Assembly (NCBI RefSeq): GCF_009914755.1
Contig: NC_060940.1
Reading direction: 5' to 3' (one strand)
DNA from: the human T2T-CHM13v2.0 reference genome, Homo sapiens
Length of the DNA stretch: 64,000 nucleotides
The stretch's first letter is position 1; each line of letters starts with the position of its first letter. This document shows, piece after piece, positions 26,300-37,940 of this stretch. The position numbers and the translations under genes were made by a program. Under the pieces are notes generated by a model. The model was not told the DNA's origin and made no database searches. It worked only from the letters and a program-made list of their open reading frames with translations.

Positions 26300-26568
26300 A
26301 AAGTGCTGAGGGGTTTTCAACCCATGAATAAAGGGAGAAAACCCTGAAGCATCACTTCCACTCCAGAACTCCCCTGCAGCACAGTGACAGCCTGAACCTT
26401 CCGTCCATGGGCCTTGGCCTGAAATCACACCCCGGCTTGGGTTCTTCCCCATCTATTTCCTGCTTTCCCCATTCTTATGCTGGCATCTCCTAGGAGCATC
26501 TTCTTAATAAGCCACTTGTATGTGACTCCCCCTCTCAGGATCAACTTCTAGGGACCTGATCTAAAGCA
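26300..26568 (+). mobile_element. ERVL LTR 3' part (LTR16/LTR33/LTR41-like)
   Basis: ctcctaggagcatcttcttaataagccacttg...ctcaggatcaacttctagggacctgatctaaagca resembles an ERVL LTR end; 5' bound uncertain. Confidence 0.5.
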
Positions 26569-26877
26569 CCCCACTACCCCTGACCAAATTCAGTTTCAAT
26601 AAATGGTCAAATGAGTATTTTTTTTACTTTTATAAATTTTTCTTTAATTTTTGCAAGTCCAAGCAGTTTTTTGCACTTTTGGTTTTAAGGAGAATGGTGC
26701 CTAATAATAAATTGTATCTTTGAAGGAAGTTAAAGTCTGTAGCCATTTTAATTTTAAAATTCAAACAATTTCTGGTGGCCATTATTTGGAAAATTTCCTA
26801 GAGTTTAGACAGTTTCATTACATTTTCATAGAGCCATGAAGCCAGCTTCAAACAGCTTTTAGCCCCATTAAATTGTC

Positions 26878-27099
26878 TTTTTTTCCCTTCAACTTTCATT
26901 TTAAGTTCTGGGTGACATGTGCAGGATGTGCAGCTTTTTACATAGGCAAATGTGTGCCATGGTGGTTTGCTACACAGATAAACCCATCACCTAGGTATTC
27001 AGCCAGCATTCATTAGCTAGTCTTCCTGATGCTCTTCCTCCCCTGCCACCCCCGACAAGCCCCAGTGCATATCGTTCCCCCCGATTTGTCCATGCATTC
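26878..27099 (-). mobile_element. L1PA13-16-like 3' end
   Basis: caactttcattttaagttctggg...catgtgcaggatgtgcag...ggtggtttgctacacagat...cattagcta...cctgatgctct. Confidence 0.9.
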
Positions 27100-28315
27100 C
27101 AAATGAGTATTTTCATACTGCATTTACTAGCCCAATTCCTTCTGTTTTATTTTAGTCCTGTTTTTTTCTCTCTCTTTTTTTTTCTCACTTTCTGTGCCCT
27201 TTCTCTGAAGGCATTTGAGTTTTTAACTCCTGACCCTTAGGCTTTAGACTAGGGTAGGATGATTTAGGGCTCTTGACAGTCTCATTCCATTATGTACGTC
27301 TGGCTTCAGCTTCCACCTCTCTGTCTCAGGCACCCTCATTTCTTCTAAGAGACACTTGATGTCTTCCCATTTTCTAACCATGCAGGTCCTCACTCAACTT
27401 TGTTTCTTTACACATGCTGCTTGATCTAAATGAAAGACTCTCCCCTGCTTAGGTCCACTTAGCAAAATTCTGTTCATCAAGGCCTTTATCACATGTTCAT
27501 TCCCAGCGCATCACAGTTTAGAATAACTGAACAAAGCCCAGTGCTGGAGGAAATGAGAAAGAGAGACAAAAGGTAGAAAGTAAGAAGGAGAGATGATCCA
27601 GGGAGGCAGCTGTTTCTATTCTGGAATTCATGAAAGAATGCCAGGAGACAGGAAAACCTCCTCAATTCTGCACGATATTGGTATATTTCTGCTTGTTTCT
27701 GGGGATTTCATAGCTTTTATCTCCTAGATATCTTTACTAAGAGTAAGAGACAGAGAGGGAGAGAGAGACAAAAAAGAGAATACGAATTTTTTAACATTCT
27801 CCACATTTCCGAACTATATTTGGACTTCTCCTCACCATAACATCATGAGGTCTACAGCTACCTTTGTTCCCATTTTAGAGATAATAAAACCGAGGTTTGG
27901 AAAAGTGATGACTCTTTAAGGACACGCAGACTGCCCATATCAGATACATGATGTCAACCTAGTTTTAAGAATTGCAAGATCATGATCTCTATTCTAATAG
28001 CTCCTGGACCAGAGAAATCAAGTGAAGATATTTCCAAAAGACTTGTGTGTGACTTCCTGAGGCCAAAACAGGGTAAGCTGCAGGCGGAGGATGACTGGCA
28101 GGGTTCCACTGTGTGCTCCTCTGCCTTGTTGGCTCATAAAACTGAGGGTGCTCGGAAGCCATGGTCACTGGGACTAGAGCTTGCCTTGACAACTTCATTT
28201 GAAAAATATGATACTGATTAGAATCCTGAGAAGAGAGAAATAAATTTATCCACTCTCTCACCTGTGGCCTCCTTTGATTTAACAAGTGTTCTTTATCATT
28301 ATCTGTACTTTAAAG

Positions 28316-28500
28316 CTGTGGTTCTCAAAGTCTGTTCTGAGGATCAGCAGCATCAGCATCACCTGGGAACCTGTTAGAACTGCAAATTCACGGTCCACAC
28401 CAGCCCCACTGAATCAGAAACTCTGGGGGTGGAGCCCTACAATTCATTTTAACATGCCTTCCAGGGGATTCAAATGCACATCTGAGTCTGAGAACCACTG
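28316..28500 (+). mobile_element. MER5A (hAT-Charlie MITE)
   Basis: ctgtggttctcaaag...cagcagcatcagcatcacctgggaac...ctgaatcagaaactctgggggtgg...tgagaaccactg; full length with TIRs. Confidence 0.9.
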
Positions 28501-28938
28501 ACCTCAGAATGTGCAAAGCCCTCACAAATCTATTTTCTCAGTGTTTCTTTTGGAAACCTTGAATCTGTCTTGTTTTTTCCCCACTGCATCTTTGAGGATA
28601 CTGAGGCTTAAAGGGGATGTGATTATCTGACATAAATTCGGATGGACTAGCTTTATAGCCAACCCACTTTCTTTGAGTATGGAGACTCTCCTACCCTATT
28701 CTCACCCTATGTCCCTGTGAGAGCCTCAACCAGGAGGATCAAAAGAGCTTTTCACCTCCACAGTGAGACAAGGCAACAGACATGTACTGATGCCATGTAC
28801 GAACTAACTGATGGGGGAAGATACATTCAGACCAATCCACTTGACTTCGGCTAGGAAAATAATTTGGGTGTCCAAGTAGACTTTTGATCCATTAGAGATA
28901 CATGTTGCCCCCATCAAAAAAAAGAAAAAAATCTTCAA

Positions 28939-29241
28939 GCCAGGCGCGGTGGCTCACGCCTGTAATCCCAGCACTTTGGGAGGCCGAGGCCGGTGAATCA
29001 CGAGGTCAGAAGATCGAGACCATCCTGGCTAACACGGTGAAACCCCGTCTCTACTAAAAAATACAAAAAAAAAAAAAAAAAAAAAAAAAGGCCAGGCGTG
29101 GTGGCGGGAGCCTGTAGTCCCAGCTACTCCGGAAGCTGAGGCGTGAACCGGGAGGCGGAGCTTGCAGTGAGGTGAGATGGCGCCACTGCACTCCAGCCTG
29201 GGGGACAGAGTGAGACTCCGCCTCAGGGGGGAAAAAAAAAA
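28939..29241 (+). mobile_element. AluY with an expanded A linker and a small right-arm deletion
   Basis: gatcgagaccatcctggctaacacggtg; linker run of about 25 A; gctgaggc^gtgaacc lacks aggagaatggc. Confidence 0.95.
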
Positions 29242-29264
29242 TTCAAACTGGTGAAATAGCCAAG

Positions 29265-29567
29265 TGTTGTTTTTGTTGTTGCTGTTGTTGTTGTTTTTGA
29301 GATGGAGTCGCGCTTTGTCACCCAGGCTGGAGTGCAGTGGCACCATCTCTGCTCACTGCAACCTATGTCTCCCGATTCAAGCGATTCTCCTGCCTCAGCC
29401 TCCCGAGTAGCTGGGACTACAGGCACCTGCCACCACGTCCAGCTAATTTTTTGTATTTTTAGTAGAGACGGGGTTTCACCCTCTTGGCCAGGATGGTCTG
29501 GATCTCCTGACCTCGTGATCCACATGCCTCGTCCTCCCAAAGTGCTGGGATTACAGGCTGAGCCACG
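29265..29567 (-). mobile_element. AluSc-like element
   Basis: (TTG)n tail, ggccaggatggtctggatctcctgacctcgtgatc; TSD aagtgtt at 29262 and 29568. Confidence 0.93.
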
Positions 29568-29771
29568 AAGTGTTTTTAAAATTGTAAAGTGCCATAAAAT
29601 TTTTTCAGAATTGATGAGCATCTACTCATCAATGAGCATCTACTCATCTTTTGATGAGCATCTACTATGCACGATTATAAAAGGAGGAAAATTCAATGAT
29701 GTTTCTGATGTGAATATGACCACAGTAACTCTCCTGCTTCAAACTTTCAGTTAATTTCTATGTGTCTAAAA

Positions 29772-29928
29772 CACTGATTCTTAACCTTGGTTGCACATTA
29801 GAACACATTAAAATTCTAATGCTTACACTCTAACCCAGATCAATTAAATCCGAATCCCTGAAGAAATAATGTGGTATTTTGCAAAGATCCTGGATTGTTC
29901 CATACACAGCCATGTTTGAGAATCACTG
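29772..29928. mobile_element. MER5-family MITE (MER5A1/MER5B-like)
   Basis: ctgattcttaaccttggttgcacattagaa...caattaaatccgaatc...tttgagaatcactg. Confidence 0.7.
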
Positions 29929-29939
29929 ATCCAGACACT

Positions 29940-30440
29940 TCAGTCTGCTTAGCATGGTCTATAAATGCCTACATGCTCCAGCCCCTGCATACTTGCTCAA
30001 AACTCCCAGAGCTCAAGATCCTGGCCTATTTCTGTTTCTCAACTGCACCTCAGCAGCCTCCTCATCCCCAAGGCCTTTGCCTCTGCTGTTTCTCTTACCA
30101 GGATGCTAGAGAGCCAGCAGCTTTTCCTGTGGCTGACTCTTTAGCATCCTTCACGTCTCAGTCCAAATGCCTCCTATTCTAAAAGCACTATGTTGGCCGC
30201 TTCATCTAAAGTCATGCTCAATGTCATTCTCACTTACCATCTGGTTTATCTCTTTGGAAGCATGTTTGACAGCCTTGATTTTGTATTTATTGACTTGTGT
30301 GTTTCTGATCTTGCTCCACTTTAATGGAGGATCCAGAGAACAGATGCCTCGCTCTTTCTATTCTATGTCCCCAGGATCTAGAAAAAGAGTCTGGTTCAAT
30401 AAATATGGCTTGAATAAATGAATGAAGGAAAATGAATGAA
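29940..30440 (+). mobile_element. L2 3' region
   Basis: aaggcctttgc...catccttcacgtctcag...ttcaataaatatggcttgaataaatgaatgaa. Confidence 0.7.
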
Positions 30441-31633
30441 CTCCAAAAGTCCAGTGATTAATCTTCAGTCCTGTAAATCGTATTCAGGACTTGAACTCCA
30501 GTGTTCTGAGTCCAGGGTCATTGATTTTTTCCAGCTCAATCTAACTGACCATATCTGCTTTCACTCTATTCACACCTGTTTAAACCCACAAGGTTAGAAG
30601 AGACATGCTGTTCCTAATAAAGGACCTGGGACTTGGTGACTTGGAGTTTACCTTACGCGATGTGGCAAGGAGTAGGCAAGTAGGCACAGCACAAAAAAAC
30701 AGCTGTGCAAATAGCATCACCTCCAGTCCAATTTAAATGAAGTCAGTAAATTATGCCTCCAGACCCTAAACTATTTAGTTCACCATGTTGGAGAAGGAAA
30801 AAGGACTGTACAGAGAAGCAATTTCTCAACCCAAGTATTTCATTAAAAAACAAATGGAAGGGGCCCCCATGGGAAAATGTGGCACTTGATCTGATTGTGG
30901 GAGACACTTTCTTAAAAAATGGAATAATCAAATGGTGGCTCACCTACTCCAGTCAGTTCTCACCATTAGTAATAATGGAAGGCCATGAGCTGGGATGAAA
31001 TTCAGCCCATAGCATGCCCTGGAGGAGACACAGAGGGACAGGAAAGCCCTCTGCCAGCAGAAGCAATAACACCATTGTTAACAGTAAGTCCCTTTGTCAA
31101 CTCTTTGGGGAGAGTTATTATGGGGGGGTGCTGTTAACATATTTCTTCCTCTCCATTGTTTCTGACAATGGCAATAAGCCCGTGGATAATATTTTGTTAG
31201 CATAACATGCACAGCCGAACCGGCCCTTGCTCTTTTGCAACCCACAATAAAACAATCTCATCCAATATCAGTATCAGAGAAGGCTGAGTCTGCACAGTCA
31301 TCGCTGAGAGTTAAATACCAGTATTTACCTAGCTAGCATTTGTTTTAAAAGAATGTTTGGAGGAGCAGGGGGTAATTTAATAACAACAGTTTTTTTATAA
31401 TTATAATTCTAAGAACAAAGCCAGAGAGTTCTTGTTTCCATTTGTGAGAAGAGGGGCCACGCAACTTGCCTATAATCCCTTAGTTATTGAGTGGCAGAGC
31501 TGGGATTAACACCAAGTAGAACACAATTCATAACATACAATATACTTAAGAAGCCTCTATGGGCACTAATAATAATGATAATAATAATAGTAATAGCTTA
31601 CTATTATTATTATTTACACTTAACAAATGTTAG

Positions 31634-31992
<359 letters not shown>

Positions 31993-32929
31993 CATAGTCT
32001 TATTTAAATATCACAATAAGTCATTTAATTCTCATTACAACTCTACCAAGTAGGAACTATTACTTTCTCTTTATAGATAAAAATACCCAGGGTCAGAAAG
32101 TTTAATGGCTTGATTAAGTTAAGAGTCAAGAATGGACAGAGCTGTCATTGGAACACACATCTTTCCAGCTCTTTTTGTTCTTCCTTGGTATTTTGTATGA
32201 ACTAGACTAGAAATCACCAAGCTTCTCACAGTACCAAGAATATTGAACTAAGAGGTTTGAAACCTGATTTGGCTACTAAGTCATCCTGTGACCTTTGAAT
32301 GGATCCTCTCTCCTTTCTGACAGGTCGTTGGGCTGGTCTGTCTCCATCGCATCTTAATTCCTGGTCTAGCACTCTTCTCCACTGCATGCAAACTTGGAGG
32401 ATGCACACAAAACCACCATCTGGCATGCTGTCCAACTGGGTTCTTTCAAATGTGAGATAACCTGGTTTAAAAAATTAATGACGAAAGCAAACCTTACTGG
32501 ACACAAGTCTCAAAAAGACAAAAGAGCTTGAGCTGCTATTGGAAATAAACAGGAGATACTCCTATGTCCTTGTTACTATTATTTGCAGGAAAAGAGGAGC
32601 AAGTGATTCATTCTTTCACTCCATGTACTCTTCACAAGGGGCTTTGGGGAATAAAAAGAAAAAAACAATTCTGGAGCTGAGAACATAATTACAAAGAACT
32701 TGAAAATGAGGTAAAGACCAAATTAAAGCAGTAAGCCTTAGGCATAAATACAAATGGATGACTATCAGCAAATCTCTCGTGGCAGCAAATAAAAAGAAAT
32801 ACATAGAGAACTTCTTGGTATTAAAATAAAAGTTGGAAAAAAACATGGGAGGTACCACAGAGGCAGAATCCAAGGGTGTTGAATTCCTCATAGGGCTCTG
32901 AATAGACACCATCGTAATAGCAATAGTGA

Positions 32930-33150
32930 CTAACAGTTCTTGCAGGGTGAATGCAAACTGGGTGTGTGGTATGCATTTTATATGCAACATCTCATTGAGT
33001 TCCCACCCAGCCCTGCGCAGTAGGTGTCATCACTACCCTCATTTTACAGACGAGATGAGCAAATGGACTCAGATGCCAAAAAACTTGTCTAGATCATTCA
33101 GCTACTCAGCAAGGCAACCAGGATTCAGAATCAGACTGTCCTCATCCTGA
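32930..33150 (-). mobile_element. MIR
   Basis: cattttacagacgagatgag...actcaga...aacttgtctagatca...ccaggattcagaatcagactgtc. Confidence 0.65.
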
Positions 33151-33599
33151 GCTCTTTCTTCCACCCACTGTGATGGGCTGTTCACTGGGGAATAATTTAA
33201 GAGCCCTTGGCATTGGCTCTATTCCAGAACGGGGAAAATCTTCAGTCAAGTGATAAGATGATGAACTCAACTTCCAGTGGCCAAGTTTGCAATATTGGCT
33301 CTCTCTGCCTCCTTTCTTATTCTCTGCCCAATTTCTTAACCACCTCTGCTCCGTCATTGCCCTCCCTCCCCATTATATATGACGTTTCTTTCTTCCTTCC
33401 TCTTTACATTTATACTACTTTATTTGGTTATTGATCACTTATCAACTGGTTGATTCATTCATTATTCTTCAAATGTCTCTCAAGTTCATACTGCAATGCC
33501 AAGCTTGGGCTGAGATGCTGAGCACAAAGAAGAATGCAGGGCAGGGATGTAATGGGAGGCAAAGGAAATTTCCCCAGGGAGCTCACTTGGAATAATTGG

Positions 33600-33794
33600 A
33601 GTAATTATTCCAAGTCTTTGCTATTGTAAATTGTGCTCCAATGCCTGGGGCCAAAGAGAAGGAGAGCATTAGGACAAATACCTAATGCATGGAGGGCTTA
33701 AAACCTTGATGATGGGTTGATAGGTGCAGTAAACCACCATGGCACATGTATACCTATGTAACAAACCTGCACTTTCTGCACATGTATCCCAGAA
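33600..33794 (+). mobile_element. Tail-less duplicate of the L1PA insertion at 34778-34972
   Basis: 195 bp matching 34778-34972 with 2 mismatches; interrupts an antisense L2. Confidence 0.92.
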
Positions 33795-34788
33795 GGAAAT
33801 GTATAGACAAATGTACTCTCAGCCCATAGTCGAAGGGGTGCAGCAGACAGGGAGTACACAGAGAGAACACCAAAACCTACTCTGCAGAGAACAACAGGTT
33901 CTCTAGAAGAAGTGTCTGATGTTGGAGAGCAGAGGCTGTTCCCCCTTGCCTAGGATCATGCACACAGGAGGGCTGTGATGCTCAAACTCTGCCATGCATG
34001 AAAACCACCAGGGGACTGGTGGAAAACACAGAGCACAGGCCTCATACCCATATAGGCCATAGATTCTCATATGGGGGCCTTGGTCATGTCAGGAACTAAA
34101 ATGGTTAAAAAGTTGCCAAAGTGATTTCATTTCATGTGATCTGAGCTGCAGCAGGAAGGCAAGGCATACTTGCTAAGAAATGCATGCAAACATACACACA
34201 GATGTCATAGAAATAAAGCAAATAAATGTTAGCCCCTCCACATGGACAATATTTTATAACCACCCTATACACTTGCATGAGCATCACTGGCTGAGAAAAT
34301 TCACTTTATTGAGACCCCAGGAACTGAAATGAAGGATAAACATGCTTGGCTCAAAATTATAATAAGAGGTTTAATGAACAACAAAAAACACTCACCATCC
34401 ACAAACGTGACTTGAAACATCACGTTCAAGATGTTTCTGAGATTCTGAGGCCAGAGCTGGTAAAACCTGGGCCCTTCCTCCTACCCCATAGTGCTTCATT
34501 TATCTTCCTGAGTGGTCACCCAAGGCCGGTGCCCAATTTGATGTTCATACCCCTGATGCATCTTTAGAATCCACAGCCATGCTGAGTCTTAAAAGTGCCA
34601 CAATTTTCAAAAATATTTTTCTCCACTGAACTATCATTGCTCCTCCACTTAGACACTGATCCTGCCTCTCTAGCAAATTAACCAGACTCAACCTCTTGAT
34701 TTTTAACCTCCTGATTTCCACATATTGCATAGAAGCTATTGCCTGACTAATCCACCATCTGCCAAAAACTAATCAAAAGTACTTATTC

Positions 34789-35024
34789 CAAGTCTTTGCT
34801 ATTGTAAATTGTGCTCCAATGCCTGGGGCCAAAGGGAAGGAGAGCATTAGGACAAATACCTAATGCATGGAGGGCTTAAAACCTTGATGATGGGTTGATA
34901 GGTGCAGTAAACCACCATGGCACATGTATACCTATGTAACAAACCTGCACTTTCTGCACATGTATCCCAGAACTTAAAGTAAAATAAAATACAAATAAGA
35001 AATAAATTAACCTTAGAATATTTA
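34789..35024 (+). mobile_element. L1PA7/8-like 3' end with a short 5' inversion (twin priming)
   Basis: Antisense L1 caagtctttgctattgtaaattgtgctccaat joined to sense 3' UTR ...gagagcattaggacaaatacctaatgc...cccagaacttaaagtaaaataaaa; TSD aaaagta(c/a)ttattc at 34775 and 35025. Confidence 0.92.
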
Positions 35025-35034
35025 AAAAGTAATT

Positions 35035-35540
35035 ATTCATGCATGTGACAAGTATTTATTGAGCAACTACTAAGTACCCAGCTCGGCTCCAGGCACTGTG
35101 TCTTCTGTAATGGAAACACAGACATAGTTTTCCATTCACAGAGAGCTTGGGAAAACAGGCATTGAAAAATTGAAAAAATAAACAAGTGATTAACAATATG
35201 AAGTGTTTTGAAGGGACATTCACAGGGCATGGAAATAGAAAAATAACAGAGGTGATAGTTTAGATACATGTGAGTAATACGAAAACTGAGGACACACCAT
35301 CGCCAAAGACCCTGAGTCAGGACAGGGTTTGAAAGTTTTAAGAAATTGAGTATCAAGGCGAGAGGATAATGAGAAAAGGGAGGAATAGTGTGAGATCACG
35401 TTGGAAAGGTTGAGTGGGCTGCCTGACCTGAGACCTTGTAGCCATGGATGGTCCAATCCTATTTAACATAAAATGGAAGGGAAAGCCACTGAAGAGTTTG
35501 AGCAGGAAAGTGATATGATTTGTTCAAAGGAATCCCTGGA
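35035..35540 (-). mobile_element. L2 fragment
   Basis: agtatttattgagcaactacta...ccaggcactgtg...gaaagccactgaagagtttgagcaggaaagtgatatgat. Confidence 0.75.
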
Positions 35541-35544
35541 TATG

Positions 35545-36170
35545 CTACATTTTTTTCATCCATTCATCAATTGATAGATATGTGGGTTGTTTCCACCTTT
35601 TAGCTATGATGAATAGTGCTGCCATGAACATTGGTGTACACTTGTTTTGCTATCTGATTTCAATTCTTTTGAGTACATAACTAATAGTAGAATTGCGGGG
35701 TCATGTGGTAATTAGATGTTTGACTTATTAAGGAATTTCCAAACATTCCCACAGTGACTGAACCATTTTACATTCCTATCATCAATGTATGGGGGTTCTA
35801 ATTTCTCCATATCCTTTACATGCTACACTATGGATGAACACTAAACACATTATGCTAAGTGAAAAAGTCAGACTCAAAAGACCACATACTGTATAATTCC
35901 ATTTATATGAAATGTCTGGAACAGGCAAATCTACAGAGACAGAAAGCAGATTAGTGGTTTTCAGGAACAGGGAAGGGGAAGTATGGGGAGTAACTGCTTA
36001 ATGGGTGCGAGGCTTCCTTTTGGGGTGATGAATTAGAGTTCTAAGTTATGAAATTAGTAGTGATGGCCACAAAATGTTTAGAATATATTTAATGTCACTG
36101 AATGGTACACTTTAAAATGGTTGAAATGGTACATTTTATAGTACATGTATTTTACTACAATTTTTTAAAA
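35545..36170 (+). mobile_element. L1MB-type 3' end with an inverted 5' segment (35545-35816 antisense, 35817-36170 sense)
   Basis: Antisense catccattcatcaattgat...gggttgtttccacctttt...ttctccatatcct fused to sense catgctacactatggatgaac...cactgaatggtacactttaaaatgg. Confidence 0.85.
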
Positions 36171-37103
36171 GGATGCCTGGCAATTGCCTGAAGAAATAGA
36201 GGTAGGAGGGGAAATACAGGGCCATAGGGAGGGATGCATGAAGATGACTTCAGTCCTCTAGGTGGGAGCTGATGAAATAGCAGGGAGGCAGTGGTGTCCT
36301 GCAGAGGAGAAGGGAGTTTCATCTGGTTGATGCCTTGTTCCTTCTTGGTGCAACCTATTCTTTTGTTTCCTATAAATTGAATCCCATGTTGTTCCTTCTT
36401 AATGCAACTTCTTTGTGTGTTTTCCGTAAATTTAACCCTCATATCCACAGATTCACCCTGAGGTCTCTCCTCCCACTGAGTCCTCTGTCAAACCAGAGGC
36501 CATGTCTTATTACATTTGTTAAATAAATAAAATAAATCAGTAGCATCAGATAGCTTACGGCTGTGTGTGCAAACCTGCTGAGCAACTCTCCCCATTATAC
36601 CTTTCCTCCCCACTTTCCTATCCCAGCCAACTACGGGTCCTGAGCTGCATGGAAGTAAGAAAGTCCTAAAATCAATACGGTATTTAACGGGAAGGCACTG
36701 AAGCGTGGCCAGCCCAGAAGCAATCTGCTGACTTGAAAGCATCAGGAGGGCTTCTCAGGTCCAGCTGCTGCCTGTCCAAGCAGCAGTGGAAGCCCCAGAA
36801 AGACAAATTGCAGTCATCAATCCCAGAGAAGAAAGACTTTCATGCTACCTCCTGTATCAGCAGGAGGGAGAAAGAGTTGCAACCTGGTAGCTCTGTTTCT
36901 GAGATGGTAATGAGTATCATTCCCGACATCGGATGACAGTGGACTTAAAAGCAAGTCAGAAATTGCCCTGTGTTTCCTGTTAGCAGCCTGACTTTTTATG
37001 TTGCAGGGTCAGCACAGGCCAGGCCTGTTGGTGTGACTCTGCAGAGAAAGTGCTCTGATCCCATTAATATGAACTCTACCTCTTTCAACCCTAACACGAA
37101 TAA

Positions 37104-37679
<576 letters not shown>

Positions 37680-37689
37680 TAGAAAGCAA

Positions 37690-37940
37690 TGTAGCAAGGA
37701 GGATAAGACTATTGTCTCTTAGGTCACACAAATCCATATGTAACAATTGACTCCACCACTTTCTAGTAGAGCGACCTCAGGAAGGTTACTTAGACTCTTA
37801 AAGCCCCAGGTTCCTTATCTGAATAATGGACATCACAGTATCTACTTCATGAAGCTACCAGGGAGTATATGATGTATGGATGTTAAATACATAGCTCAGT
37901 GCCTGCAAATATAAATGTTCGATAACTTTTAACTGTTATT
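37690..37940 (+). mobile_element. MIR
   Basis: ctccaccactttctag...gacctcaggaaggttacttagactct...ttccttatctgaataatggga. Confidence 0.7.

Noticed and set aside
29029-29754. Alu-derived ORFs here and at 4483, 5652, 37206, 38908, 42309, 43244, 49058, 53567, 54703, 60575
   Set aside because: Classic Alu translations ([23 protein letters not shown]); no coding evidence.
36255-36270. CTCF-like motifs (cctctaggtgggagc; also about 10766 and 40798)
   Set aside because: Each mismatches core positions; not supportable without a PWM scan or ChIP data.
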